DNA from: Alphaproteobacteria bacterium
GTDB lineage: Bacteria > Pseudomonadota > Alphaproteobacteria > CALKHQ01
Direction: 5' to 3'
DNA: 64,000 bases
Assembly: GCA_965227515.1 (NCBI GenBank)
Contig: CBDDFZ010000002.1
Coordinates: 448,001 to 512,000, forward strand
Under the pieces are notes generated by a model. It ran no database searches and had not been told where the DNA came from. It saw nothing but the letters and a program-made list of their open reading frames with translations. Shown piece by piece: positions 41,023 through 51,088 of the stretch; positions within the stretch are counted from its first letter, which is position 1, and every line of letters starts with the position of its first letter. A program made the translations under genes and the position numbers.

Positions 41023-42024
41023 CTACGAGTATGCGCCGGCCTTTTGAGCCTCCAGGTCGTCCTCCACGAACGCGGTGACGATGTCGTCCATCGACGCATC
41101 GGCATGGATGCCCAGCGCCGGTGCGCGCTTCGGCGCCACGTGCGTCGGCCAGCCGGACACGATCTTCTGGATCGCCGGGTCGGGCGCCCAGCGTATGAGA
41201 TCGAGCGCCTCCTGACCGCCGGCCCGCTTCAGCGCGTCCGCCATCTCCTGCACGCTGACCGATAAGCCCGGCAGCAGCAGCGAGCGTGAGGCGCCGAGCT
41301 TCGCACCGTCCAGCTCATAGGCGGCGATGAACGCCTCGATCACCTTGCGCGGCGACATCAGCGGCATCACCGTGTCGGGCGACACCGGGCACACGGCCTC
41401 CTTGCCGCACAGCGGTTCGCGGATGATCGAGCTGGCGAAGGTGGAGGCGGCCTTGTTCGGCTTGCCGGGCCGGACCACGATGGTCGGCAGCCGGAGCGCG
41501 CGGCCGTCCAGGAAGCCCTTGCGGCTGTAGTCCTGCACCAGCATCTCGCCGATGGCCTTCTGGATGCCATAGGAGTTCTGCGGCGTCTGCGGGGTCTCGT
41601 CCAGGATCTGCGGCGGCATGTCCCCGCCATAGGATGCGATCGAGCTGGCGAACACCAGGCGCGGCGCGTGGGCCAGCGCGCGGCACCGGTCGAGCACGCC
41701 GATGGTGCCATAGAGGTTGACCCGCATGCCGAGGTCGAAGTCGGCCTCCGCGCCGGCGCTGACCACGGCGGCCATGTGGAACACGCCGTCGGTGTCGTCG
41801 GGGATCGCCTTGGTCAGCGCGTCGGTGTCGCTGAGGTCGCCTTCCATGGCGGTGACCCGCGGGTCGTCGTGCTCGGGGCCGCGATAGGGCATGGCGTCGA
41901 AGGCGACGATGCGCTCGATCTCCTGCGGTTTGCCGTCGGCGCCGGGCAGGCTGCCGCGTTCCAGCAGGGTGCGGGTCAGGCGGCGGCCGAGGAAGCCGGC
42001 GGCGCCGGTGATGGTGAGTTTCAT
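41023..42024 (-). CDS. NAD-dependent epimerase/dehydratase, D-erythronate dehydrogenase (DenD)-like
   Basis: ITGAAGFLG, HMAAVVSAGAEADFDLGMRVN, YGIQK, RLPTIVVRPGKPNKAASTFASSIIREP. Confidence 0.85.
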   Translation of the reverse strand: MKLTITGAAGFLGRRLTRTLLERGSLPGADGKPQEIERIVAFDAMPYRGPEHDDPRVTAMEGDLSDTDALTKAIPDDTDGVFHMAAVVSAGAEADFDLGMRVNLYGTIGVLDRCRALAHAPRLVFASSIASYGGDMPPQILDETPQTPQNSYGIQKAIGEMLVQDYSRKGFLDGRALRLPTIVVRPGKPNKAASTFASSIIREPLCGKEAVCPVSPDTVMPLMSPRKVIEAFIAAYELDGAKLGASRSLLLPGLSVSVQEMADALKRAGGQEALDLIRWAPDPAIQKIVSGWPTHVAPKRAPALGIHADASMDDIVTAFVEDDLEAQKAGAYS

Positions 42025-42198
42025 GAGTGTGCTCTTGTGGTTCGTCTTGTGAATTCGGCGGCGGTGTGAGCCGGTGCCCCGCCGAAAAAGATGCGCGCAT
42101 ATTGACCCGGTCGGCCGGGTATCGCCAAACTGCAATTCGTCCCACCCCGCGCCGCACCTATCGAACGAGCCGCCTGCCTTGCTTATGAACGCGCCCAT

Positions 42199-42990
42199 AT
42201 GAACGCCCGCGAACGCCAGGACCAGATCGTACGCAGTATCGCACAGCACGGCTTCGTGTCGGTGGAGGCGCTGGCCGGCCAGTTCGACGTGACGCCGCAG
42301 ACGATCCGCCGCGACATCGGCAAGCTGCACGAGGACGGGCGGGTGCGCCGTTTCCACGGCGGGGCGGCCGCGGTCTCGACAGTGGAGAACCTGGCCTACA
42401 GCGCGCGCCAGGTGCTGTGCCACCGCGAGAAGCAGGCGATCGCCACGACGGCCGCCAAGCTGGTGCCGGACAACGCGTCGCTGATCCTCAACATCGGCAC
42501 CACCACCGAGGAGGTGGCCAAGGCGCTGGTGCGGGCACGCCAGGGGCTGCGCATCATCACCAACAACATGAACGTCGCCACCATCGTGCAGCCGAAGACC
42601 GACTTCGAGGTCTATATCGCCGGCGGCTTCGTGCGCTCGCGCGATGGCGGCGTGGTGGGCGAGGACACGCTTGGCTTCTTCAGCCAGTTCAAGGTCGACA
42701 TCGCCATCATCGGCATCAGCGCCATCGACCCGGACGACGGCGCGATGCTGGACTACGACTACCGCGAGGTGCAGGTGTCGCGGCAGATCATCTCCAGCGC
42801 GCGGGCGGTGTGGCTGGTGGCCGACAGCTCCAAGTTCGGGCGCCAGGCGCCGATGCGGCTCGCCAACCTGACCGAGATGGACCGTCTGGTGACCGACCGG
42901 CCGCCGCCGGCGGTGCTGGTCGAGGCGATGCGGGCCGCCGGCCGCGACGTGGTGGTGGCCGATGGCGTGCGCCCCGAAACCGAGCAATGA
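42199..42990 (+). CDS. DeoR/GlpR family transcriptional regulator
   Basis: FDVTPQTIRRD, NIGTTT, ITNN, ADSSKF. Confidence 0.92.
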   Translation: MNARERQDQIVRSIAQHGFVSVEALAGQFDVTPQTIRRDIGKLHEDGRVRRFHGGAAAVSTVENLAYSARQVLCHREKQAIATTAAKLVPDNASLILNIGTTTEEVAKALVRARQGLRIITNNMNVATIVQPKTDFEVYIAGGFVRSRDGGVVGEDTLGFFSQFKVDIAIIGISAIDPDDGAMLDYDYREVQVSRQIISSARAVWLVADSSKFGRQAPMRLANLTEMDRLVTDRPPPAVLVEAMRAAGRDVVVADGVRPETEQ

Positions 42991-43220
42991 GTGCGAGCAC
43001 TGAAAGCGAATATTGAGGGCGAGGACTTGGCGCGAGGACTGACGGGCATGGGCCCGCCCCAGCGCGCATGCCCGGCGCGCGTCGCGTCGCCGGCACGCCC
43101 CACCGCCCGCACGCTCCACCCGAAACCAGGTCCGGCACGCATTGGAATGCCAGCCGGGTTGGTCTATATCGGTTGTGCCCTGTCGGGCTGGGCGCACGTG
43201 CCATTTCCGGGCCACGCCAC

Positions 43221-43296
43221 GCCGGCTTAGCTCAGTTGGTAGAGCGGCTGATTTGTAATCAGTAGGTCGGGGGTTCGAGTCCCTCAGCCGGCACCA
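43221..43296 (+). tRNA. tRNA-Thr(TGT)
   Basis: GCCGGCTTAGCTCAGTTGGTAGAGCGGCTGATTTGTAATCAGTAGGTCGGGGGTTCGAGTCCCTCAGCCGGCACCA; full cloverleaf with encoded CCA. Confidence 0.98.
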
Positions 43297-43306
43297 AGCC
43301 TCTGAT

Positions 43307-43440
43307 TGTCCGACCCTGAGACATAGGTAACAGTTTGTACCTGAGACATGGGTGACAACCTCGTGCCGAACGGGTTTTCGCGTGCCAGCAGTGTTTTCTG
43401 CTCCAGGTCGATATGACCCGGATCGCAGCGCCTGAAGCCT
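43307..43440 (-). mobile_element. IS481-family remnant (transposase C-terminus plus right end)
   Basis: Terminal TGT, two CTGAGACAT(A/G)GGT(A/G)ACA repeats, and minus-strand peptide GHIDLEQKTL...NPFGTRLSPMS typical of IS481 transposase ends. Confidence 0.75.
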
Positions 43441-43567
43441 ATGTGGAAAATGACGTCGTCGACTCCCTTGAAATCGAGCCGCAGCCCGGCCATCACGGTC
43501 GCGACGATGATGCGCGCGGTATCGGCCATGATATAGTGACGGCCGGTGACGTGGGAGGAACAGGACG

Positions 43568-44650
43568 ATGCATAGCGCGGCGCTACGGGCGCAGGAGCTG
43601 AACCCGGGCCGGCTGACGGCGCTCTATCGCCGGGAGTTCGAACTCAGCAAGGTCGCGCGCGGCGAGACCATCTGCTGCGTGTCGGACCTGTCGACCCGGC
43701 GCGAGTACATCCAGGCCGCATTCGCGGCGGCCGACGATCTCGGCGCCGACGTCTACGAGATGTGCGTCAACAGCATCCCGTCTTGGACCAAGGTCGGCGT
43801 CGCCACCGTCGGCCAATGCAAGGGCACGCTGGAGGCGGTGAAGGCCGCCGACCTGATCGTCGTCTTCCATGTGCCGCTGTTCACCCGCTGGCTGAAGGAG
43901 GTGATGGACGTCGGCGCGCGGGTCCTGATGATCATCGATGCGCCGGACGATCTGGAACAGCTGATGTCGCCGCCGGGCCTGAAGGAAGCGTGCGTCCACG
44001 CCCACAAGCTCTATGAGAGGACCCGAGAGGTGCACGTCACCTCGGACGCGGGCACCGACCTGACCTACACCCGCGGCGAGTACCCGGTCATGACCCAGTG
44101 GGGCTTTGCCGACGAGCCGGGCCACTTCGACCACTGGGGCGGCGGGCACATCCACACCTTCCCCAACGAGGGATCGGCCAACGGCACCGTGGTGATGCAG
44201 CCGGGCGACATCGTGATCCTGCCCTATTGCCGGTACGTGCACGACGAGGTGCGGCTGGAGATTCGCGACGGCTTCATTCGCAATATCCAGGGCGGTCTCG
44301 ATGCCAAGCTGATGCGCGACTGGCTGGACGACAACCGCGAGAGCGAGGACGACATGGACCCCTTTGCCGTGTCGCACCTGGGCTGGGGCCTCAACCCGCA
44401 GGCGCTGTGGTACGGCATCGCGCTGAATGGCGACGAGCCGGAGCGCAGCCGGGCCGCCGCGCGCACCTTCCCCGGCAACTTCCTGTTCTCCACCGGCCCC
44501 AACACCCAGGGCGGCGGCAAGCGGGCGACCCGCGGCCACTATGACGTGCCCATGCGCGACTGCACGATCACGCTGGACAACCAGACCGTGGTCGAGCGTG
44601 GGCGGATCGTCGACCCCAACATGATCGTGGAGCGCGTGCGCGTCGTCTGA
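43568..44650 (+). CDS. 2,5-dihydroxypyridine 5,6-dioxygenase (NicX)-like protein
   Basis: QWGFADEPGHFDHW, SHLGWGLNP, RTFPGNFLFSTGPN, GHYDVPMRDC resemble NicX/PicD. Confidence 0.8.
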   Translation: MHSAALRAQELNPGRLTALYRREFELSKVARGETICCVSDLSTRREYIQAAFAAADDLGADVYEMCVNSIPSWTKVGVATVGQCKGTLEAVKAADLIVVFHVPLFTRWLKEVMDVGARVLMIIDAPDDLEQLMSPPGLKEACVHAHKLYERTREVHVTSDAGTDLTYTRGEYPVMTQWGFADEPGHFDHWGGGHIHTFPNEGSANGTVVMQPGDIVILPYCRYVHDEVRLEIRDGFIRNIQGGLDAKLMRDWLDDNRESEDDMDPFAVSHLGWGLNPQALWYGIALNGDEPERSRAAARTFPGNFLFSTGPNTQGGGKRATRGHYDVPMRDCTITLDNQTVVERGRIVDPNMIVERVRVV

Positions 44651-44693
44651 CGCCTTTTTCGCCACCTGATGATCGTCCGGGGGGAGGGGCGCC

Positions 44694-45155
44694 ATGCATC
44701 TGGAAGACAGCTTCACGGTCAAAGCGCCGCGCGACCGGGTCTGGCGGCTGATCCGCGATCCGGCCGAGATGATGCCGTGCGTGCCCGGCTGCCACGGCAT
44801 CGAGAAGGTTGGCGAGACCCGCTACAAGGCGGACATCGAGGCCGCTGTCGGCCCGATCAAGGCGCGCTTCCGCATCGACGTCGAGATCACCGAGGAGACG
44901 CCGGGACACGAGGTCAAGTCGACCTCCCAGGGCGAGGAGGGGTCGCGCGCCAGCGTGCTGAGATCCACCAACATCCTGCGCCTGACGGAGGAGACGCCCG
45001 GTGTCACCGAGGTGTACTACGCGGCCGACGTCTCGATCACCGGTCGGCTTGGCCGGTATGGCCTCGGTATGATGAAGAAGATCGCCGCACGCAAGGCGAA
45101 GCAGTTCGAGGAAGCCTTCACGGCGCGCGCCGAGGCGACCGAGCCCGCGCAATGA
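44694..45155 (+). CDS. CoxG/SRPBCC family protein
   Basis: FTVKAPRDRVW..IRDP..MMPCVPG...VGPIKARF...GRLGRYG. Confidence 0.85.
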   Translation: MHLEDSFTVKAPRDRVWRLIRDPAEMMPCVPGCHGIEKVGETRYKADIEAAVGPIKARFRIDVEITEETPGHEVKSTSQGEEGSRASVLRSTNILRLTEETPGVTEVYYAADVSITGRLGRYGLGMMKKIAARKAKQFEEAFTARAEATEPAQ

Positions 45156-46021
45156 CGGCGATGCAATTCCACAAGCCGTCCACTGTGGAGGAAGCAACGG
45201 CATTGCTCGCCGATGCCGGGGAGGGCGGGCGCGCGCTCGCCGGCGGCGCGACGCTGGTTGCGATGATGAATGCCGGCCTGGTCGAGCCTACCTGCTTGGT
45301 CAGCCTGGACGGCATTGCCGAACTGACGGCGTTCGGGCGCGAACCTGATGGCAGCGCGCGGATCGGCGCGATGCGGCGCCATCGCCAGACCGCGTTCGAG
45401 AGCGACCTGACCGACGGCCAGACCGTCATCAGCCGGGCTGCGGCGCAGATCGCCAACCCGCCGGTCAGGAACATGGGCACCATCGGCGGGTCGATTTCCT
45501 TTGCCGACCCGGCGGCCGACTACCCACCGGCCCTGGTCGCCGCCGATGCGTCGGTGGAGATCGCCGGTACCGGCGGGCGCCGCACGGTCGCGGCCGAGGA
45601 CTTCTTCCTCGGCTGGTACGAGACGGCGCTTGATACGGGCGAGATCGTCACCGCCGTGCTGGTGCCGGCAGCACCCGCCGGCTCGCGCGGCCATTACACC
45701 AAGCTCGCCCGCGTTGCCGGCGATTTTGCGATTGCCTCGGTGGCGCTTTCCATCGCGATGGCCGACGGCGCGGTCAGCCACCTGCGCATGGCGGTCGGCG
45801 GTTGTGGCGGCGGGCCGGTCCGGGTGCTGGAGGCCGAAGCGCGGCTGATCGGTGCGCCCTTGAGCGATGCATCGATGGCCGAGGCCGCCGAGATGATCGT
45901 CGATGCGCTCGATCCGGTGGACGACGTTCGCGCCAGCGCCGACTATCGCTGCCGGGTTGTGCCGCGGTTGCTGCGGCAGGCGCTGCTGGAGGCCAGCGCG
46001 CCGGTGGACCGGGCGGCATGA
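45152..46021 (+). CDS. Molybdenum hydroxylase FAD-binding subunit
   Basis: ALAGGATL, VRNMGTIGGS..ADPAAD, DDVRASADYR. Confidence 0.9.
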   Translation: MTAMQFHKPSTVEEATALLADAGEGGRALAGGATLVAMMNAGLVEPTCLVSLDGIAELTAFGREPDGSARIGAMRRHRQTAFESDLTDGQTVISRAAAQIANPPVRNMGTIGGSISFADPAADYPPALVAADASVEIAGTGGRRTVAAEDFFLGWYETALDTGEIVTAVLVPAAPAGSRGHYTKLARVAGDFAIASVALSIAMADGAVSHLRMAVGGCGGGPVRVLEAEARLIGAPLSDASMAEAAEMIVDALDPVDDVRASADYRCRVVPRLLRQALLEASAPVDRAA

Positions 46022-46488
46022 GCGAAACGCTGAGCCTGACGGTCAATGGTGCCGAGCGCACGGTCGATGCGCCGGCGCCAGCCACATTGCTGACCGTGCT
46101 GCGCGATCAGCTCGGCCTGACCGGCGCCAAGCGCGGCTGCAACCAGGGTGTGTGCGGCGCCTGCACGGTGCTGGTCGACGGCGCGCCGGTGCGCGCCTGC
46201 CTGTCGCTGGCGGCCAACTGCGCCGACCGCGACATCACCACCATCGAGGGTCTTGCCGTCGACGGTGCGCTGGCCCCGGTGCAGCAGGCGTTCGTTGAGA
46301 CCGGCGCGGTGCAGTGCGGCTTCTGCACGTCGGGGGTGCTGCTGGCAGCCCACGCATTTCTCCGCAGCAACCGGCGCCCGTCCGCCGATGACGTGCGCCA
46401 GGCGCTGTCGGGCAATCTCTGCCGCTGCTCCGGCTACACCAAGATCGTCGAAGCGGTGCTGCAGGCCGCTGGGGTGCCGGACGCATGA
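46018..46488 (+). CDS. Molybdenum hydroxylase (2Fe-2S) subunit
   Basis: GCNQGVCGACTV, QCGFCT, NLCRCSGY. Confidence 0.93.
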   Translation: MSETLSLTVNGAERTVDAPAPATLLTVLRDQLGLTGAKRGCNQGVCGACTVLVDGAPVRACLSLAANCADRDITTIEGLAVDGALAPVQQAFVETGAVQCGFCTSGVLLAAHAFLRSNRRPSADDVRQALSGNLCRCSGYTKIVEAVLQAAGVPDA

Positions 46489-48803
46489 GTGCCCAACCCG
46501 ATACCGCAGTCGGCGCCAGTGTCCCGCGGCTGGAAATCCGCGAGAAGGTCACCGGCACCGCGGAGTACATCGCCGACATGGCGCGGCCGGGCATGCTGCA
46601 CGCCGCAATCGCGCAGGCCGACGTGCCGCATGCGCGGATCGCCGGCTACGACACGGAGGCTGCGCTGGCGGTGCCCGGTGTCGTCGCGGTACTGACCGGC
46701 GACGACTTCCCCGACGGCCGGATGGGCGCGTTCATCAAGGACGAGCATGCCATCGCCAAGGGCAAGGTGCGTTACGTCGGCGAGCCGGTCGCCGTGGTGG
46801 CCGCCGAGACCGAGGATGCCGCGCGCCGCGCCGCCCGGCTGGTACGTGTCGACTACGAGGAATTGCCGGCCATCCTGAGCCCTGAAGAGGGGCTGGCCGA
46901 AGGCGCCGCGATCATCCACGAGGATCTGGCCGACTACCTGAAGGTCTTCCCGGCGATCTGCGGCGGCAATCTCGCCTCCGAGACCGAGCTCAGCGAGGGC
47001 GATGTCGGCGCGGGTTTCGCCGGGGCCGACATCGTGGTCGAGGGGGAATACGAGACAGCGCCACAGGCCCACCTCGCCATCGAGCCGTGCGGCGCCCTGG
47101 CCGAGATCGATGCGCAGGGGCGGGTGACTTTGTGGTCGGCAAACCAGTCGGTGTTCCGCGTCCAGGCCAATGTCTGCGAGAGCCTGCAATTGCCGATGAG
47201 CAAGCTGCGCTCGCTGACCCCGCGCATCGGCGGCGGCTTCGGCAACAAGATGGAGCCGCACGTCCAGCCGATTGTGGTGCGGCTGGCGCAAGCGACCGGC
47301 CGGCCGGTCAAGCTGATCCTGAGCCGCGAAGAGGACTTCGAGTGCGTGCGCGCGCGCCATCCCTACAAGGTGCGCTGCAAGACCGGCGCGACGAGTGACG
47401 GCACCATTGTCGCGCGCGAGGTGGAGGTGCTGCTCGACTGCGGGGCCTATGGCGACGACAGCCCCGGCGTGCTCGGCTACAGCCTGTTGATGGCGCGCGG
47501 GCCCTATCGCATCCCCAATGTCCGCTGCCACGGCAAGCTGGTCTACACCAACAAGCTCAGGTTCGGGGCGTTTCGCGGCTTCGGCAACCCGCAGGTGGCC
47601 TTTGCCGGCGAAACCCAGATCGACGAGATCGCCGGGCGCCTGGGCATGGACCCGATCGACCTGCGCCTGCGCAATCTCTGCCAGCCGGGCGACCCATGGT
47701 TCGGTGGGGCCACCGTGGCCTCGAACGGGCTCAGCGACTGCATCGAGGAGGCGCGCGCGGCCTCGGGCTGGGACCGGCGCGCCGCCGACACGCCCACGCC
47801 GGGCAAGCGCCGCGCCAAGGGTGTGGCCATCGGCGCCCACATCTCCGGTCTGCTCGGCACCGGCGCCATCGTGCGGGTGCTGGAGGACGGCTCGGTGGTG
47901 CTGAACACCGGCGCGGTCGACATCGGCCAGGGCTCCGACACCGTGCTGGTCCAGATGTGCGCCGAGGCCCTGAAGGTGCCGGTCGACCGGGTCAGCCTGG
48001 CGAGCCCGGACACCGACGGCTCGCCCTACAATTGGGGCACGACGGCCAGCCGGGTCACCTATACGACCGGGCGGGCGGTGGTCGCCGCCGCCGGCGAGGT
48101 CGAGAAGCAACTGAAGACCCATGCCGCCCAGATGCTGGAATGCGCCGAAGCCGATGTTGAGCTCAGGCCCGGCGGTGCGGTCGGCGTTACCGGCACCGAC
48201 CGGCAAGTCTCGTTCCTGGAGATATCGTTGCGCGCCCACTGGGCGGCGGGCGGGCCGATTGTCGGCCACAACACCTGGGTGTTCGACCAGCCGACCATCG
48301 ATCCAAAGCGCGCCGTGGCCAAGGGACTGCCGTTCCCGCAGATCGGCGTCTACAGCTTCGGCTGCGTGATCGTCGATGTCGAGATCGATGACGCGAGCGG
48401 CAAGGCGGAGGTGCGCGAGGCGTGGTCGGCGATGGATGTGGGCCGCGCGGTCAACCCGTCATTGGTCGAGGGCCAGATCCAGGGCGGGTTCGTGCAGGGC
48501 CAGGGCTTCGCGCTGACCGAGGAGATGGTGTGGGACGGGGCCAAATTGGCCAACCCGACGCTGTTGGACTACAAGGTGCCGACCACGCTGGATGTGCCGC
48601 ACGCGATCCACCCGATCATCGTGGAGGCGGCGGAGCCGGACGGCCCGTTCGGCGCCAAGGGCGTTGGCGAGATCTGCCTGGTGCCGGTGCCGGCCGCCAT
48701 CGCGAACGCGGTCAACGCGGCAACCGGCGCCACGATGCGCGCGCTGCCGCTGACGCCGGAGAGAATCCTCACCGCAATGCTGGACCATGCCGATGCGCCC
48801 TGA
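46485..48803 (+). CDS. Molybdenum hydroxylase molybdopterin-binding large subunit (XDH family)
   Basis: IGGGFGNK, GAFRGFGNPQ, GQGS, GQIQGG, GPFGAKGVGE. Confidence 0.93.
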   Translation: MSAQPDTAVGASVPRLEIREKVTGTAEYIADMARPGMLHAAIAQADVPHARIAGYDTEAALAVPGVVAVLTGDDFPDGRMGAFIKDEHAIAKGKVRYVGEPVAVVAAETEDAARRAARLVRVDYEELPAILSPEEGLAEGAAIIHEDLADYLKVFPAICGGNLASETELSEGDVGAGFAGADIVVEGEYETAPQAHLAIEPCGALAEIDAQGRVTLWSANQSVFRVQANVCESLQLPMSKLRSLTPRIGGGFGNKMEPHVQPIVVRLAQATGRPVKLILSREEDFECVRARHPYKVRCKTGATSDGTIVAREVEVLLDCGAYGDDSPGVLGYSLLMARGPYRIPNVRCHGKLVYTNKLRFGAFRGFGNPQVAFAGETQIDEIAGRLGMDPIDLRLRNLCQPGDPWFGGATVASNGLSDCIEEARAASGWDRRAADTPTPGKRRAKGVAIGAHISGLLGTGAIVRVLEDGSVVLNTGAVDIGQGSDTVLVQMCAEALKVPVDRVSLASPDTDGSPYNWGTTASRVTYTTGRAVVAAAGEVEKQLKTHAAQMLECAEADVELRPGGAVGVTGTDRQVSFLEISLRAHWAAGGPIVGHNTWVFDQPTIDPKRAVAKGLPFPQIGVYSFGCVIVDVEIDDASGKAEVREAWSAMDVGRAVNPSLVEGQIQGGFVQGQGFALTEEMVWDGAKLANPTLLDYKVPTTLDVPHAIHPIIVEAAEPDGPFGAKGVGEICLVPVPAAIANAVNAATGATMRALPLTPERILTAMLDHADAP

Positions 48804-49638
48804 AGACTACCCACCGCAAGAGCCGTTCTCCGAACTCGGCGCCAAGTACCACGCCGCGCTGATGGCCCGGCCGGCGCCCGCGCCGTCGATCGAGGTGCAG
48901 CACGGCGACGATGCCTATCAGTCGATTGCGGTCTACGCGGCCGACAAGCCAAGCGGCCCCGTGCTGTGCGTCATCCACGGCGGCGGCTGGACCAACGGGT
49001 ACAAGGAGTGGATGGCGTTCATGGCGCCGGCGCTGACCGCGCGCGGCATCACCATGGTCAGCCTCGGCTATCGGCTGGCGCCGCAGCACATATTCCCCGC
49101 CGGGTTGCAGGACTGCCAGGCCGGCATCGCCGCCGCCCATGCCCGGGTGGCGGAAGTCGGTGGCGACCCGGCGCGCATCTTCGTTGGCGGCCATTCCGCC
49201 GGTGGCCATTACACCGCCTTGCTGGCACTGGAGCAGAATTGGCAGGGCGCGCACGGCCTGCCCCTCGACGTCATCAAGGGCGCGTTGCCGATCTCCGGCA
49301 CCTTCTATTTCGGCGAGGGGTCCGGCCTGTCGATGCGGCCGCGCTTTCTCGGCCCGGAAGGACACGGCCCGGAAGGACATGGCCGTGACGAGGCGGCCTC
49401 TGCCATGGGCCAGGTCCACGCAGGCGCGCCGCCGTTCCTGGTCGCCTGGGGCGCGCGCGACTTCCCGCATCTGGCCCGCCAGAACCAGGAGTTCGTGGCC
49501 GCCCTGAAGAAGGCGGGCGTCGACGTCACGGAAATCGAAATCGCCGATGCCGACCATCTCGGCGCCAGCTATGCCGCCGGGGAGCCGGACGGCCCGTGGA
49601 TTGACGCCGCCGTCGGCTTCATGGAAACACATGGATGA
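48787..49638 (+). CDS. HSL-type alpha/beta hydrolase (arylformamidase-like)
   Basis: IHGGGW, YRLAP, GHSAGG. Confidence 0.8.
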   Translation: MPMRPEDYPPQEPFSELGAKYHAALMARPAPAPSIEVQHGDDAYQSIAVYAADKPSGPVLCVIHGGGWTNGYKEWMAFMAPALTARGITMVSLGYRLAPQHIFPAGLQDCQAGIAAAHARVAEVGGDPARIFVGGHSAGGHYTALLALEQNWQGAHGLPLDVIKGALPISGTFYFGEGSGLSMRPRFLGPEGHGPEGHGRDEAASAMGQVHAGAPPFLVAWGARDFPHLARQNQEFVAALKKAGVDVTEIEIADADHLGASYAAGEPDGPWIDAAVGFMETHG

Positions 49639-49694
49639 ACCATCGCCGCAACGCGAGAACGGCCGACACGGCCAGACCTAGGGGGAACACCGCC

Positions 49695-50858
49695 ATGAAA
49701 CTGTTCGCATCTGGAATGGCTGCCGCCGCGGCCTGCCTCATGGCAACGGCGGTCCAGGCGCAAGAACCGGTGCGCATCGGCTATTCGATTTCCAACACCG
49801 GGCTGTTCTCTCAAGCCGCACCCTCCCAGGTCACCGCATACGAGCTTTGGGCCGACCAGGTGAACGCGGCCGGCGGCTTGGACGTCGCCGGCGAGCTTCG
49901 GCCGGTGGAACTGGTCTGGTACGACGATGAGTCCGACCCGGCCAAGGCGGCGCAGATCTATGAGCGTCTGATCTCCGAGGACGAGGTCGACCTGTTGCTG
50001 GCGCCATGGGGCACGCCGCATCACCTGAACGTGGCCGGCGTTGTGGAGAGCCACGGCTTCCCGATGGTCGGCAACACGGCCGCTTCCGTGGCGATCCGCG
50101 AGGTCCAGCCCGGCAACATCTGGTTTCCGACCTCGGCGATCCCGGACAAGATCGGGCCGGAGCTGGCGGCGCTCGCGAAGTCGTCCGGCGTCACCTCGGT
50201 TGCGGTCATCGCCAACGTGCTGCCGTTCGCCCAGGAGAACTTGGAATTCCTGATCCCGGCGCTGGAGGCGGAAGGGATCGATGTCGTGGTCAACGAGAGC
50301 TATCCGCCGGATATCGCCGACATGACCGCGCTGCTGACTCAGGTCAAGGAATCCGGGGCAGATGGCGTGATCGCGCTGTCCTACCCGTCGGACTCCTTCC
50401 TCTACATGGGCCAGGCGACCGAGCTCGGCATCGACGCACCGTTCCAGTTCCTGCTGGTCGGGCCGACGATCGCGGCCTTCCAGGGCGCCTTCGTCGAGCT
50501 GGCCGACGGCATCGTCACCCTGGGCCACTGGAGCCCCTATCAGGAGGCATGGCCGCGCGGGCAGGCATTCTTCGACGCCTATGTGCAGTCCTATGGCATG
50601 ACGCCGGACTACCTGGACTCCGCGCTCGCCTACATGTCGGCGGAAATCCTGCAGCAGGCGGTGGCCGTCGCCGGGCTGGACCACGATGCTCTGCGCGAGG
50701 CGATCTCGACCATGACCTTCGACACCATCAACGGGCCGGTGAAGTTCGAGGGCGTGGAGAACGTCGTCACGCCGACCGCGTTCCTGCAGCTGCAAGGCGG
50801 CGAGATGCACCTGATCTGGCCGGGGGAGATCGCGACGTCGGCGTTCGAGGCGCGGTGA
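49695..50858 (+). CDS. LIV-type ABC transporter substrate-binding protein
   Basis: Signal peptide; VRIGYSISNTG, NAAGG, YDDESDP, LAPWGT. Confidence 0.9.
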   Translation: MKLFASGMAAAAACLMATAVQAQEPVRIGYSISNTGLFSQAAPSQVTAYELWADQVNAAGGLDVAGELRPVELVWYDDESDPAKAAQIYERLISEDEVDLLLAPWGTPHHLNVAGVVESHGFPMVGNTAASVAIREVQPGNIWFPTSAIPDKIGPELAALAKSSGVTSVAVIANVLPFAQENLEFLIPALEAEGIDVVVNESYPPDIADMTALLTQVKESGADGVIALSYPSDSFLYMGQATELGIDAPFQFLLVGPTIAAFQGAFVELADGIVTLGHWSPYQEAWPRGQAFFDAYVQSYGMTPDYLDSALAYMSAEILQQAVAVAGLDHDALREAISTMTFDTINGPVKFEGVENVVTPTAFLQLQGGEMHLIWPGEIATSAFEAR

Positions 50859-50889
50859 CGGCTGGGTGCTGATTGCCAACAACCAAAGT

Positions 50890-51060
50890 GTCGCCCTCGC
50901 GCTTGTCGCGAGGGCCCATCTGTGACCAACGCGCCCTTCGGCTGTCGGGAGAGCGTCTTCGGTTGAGGGGAGGTTAGCTTCCCTCCTAGCTCGGCGAGTT
51001 ATCTGACCCTTCCGGGCGATTTGGACTGGCATGGGTCCTCGCCACAAGGGCGAGGACGAC
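50890..51060. repeat. REP-like hairpin pair (same family as the outer element at 32055-32255)
   Basis: GTCGCCCTCGCGCTTGTCGCGAGGGCCCA ... TGGGTCCTCGCCACAAGGGCGAGGACGAC. Confidence 0.75.
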
Positions 51061-51088
51061 AGCAAGAAGAAGTGCGGAGCCTCCTTCC

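Noticed and set aside
44694-48803. coxGMSL as aerobic CO dehydrogenase
   Set aside because: The large subunit has AFRGFG, not the form I CODH AYxCSFR motif, and the nicX-like neighbour points to an N-heterocycle hydroxylase.
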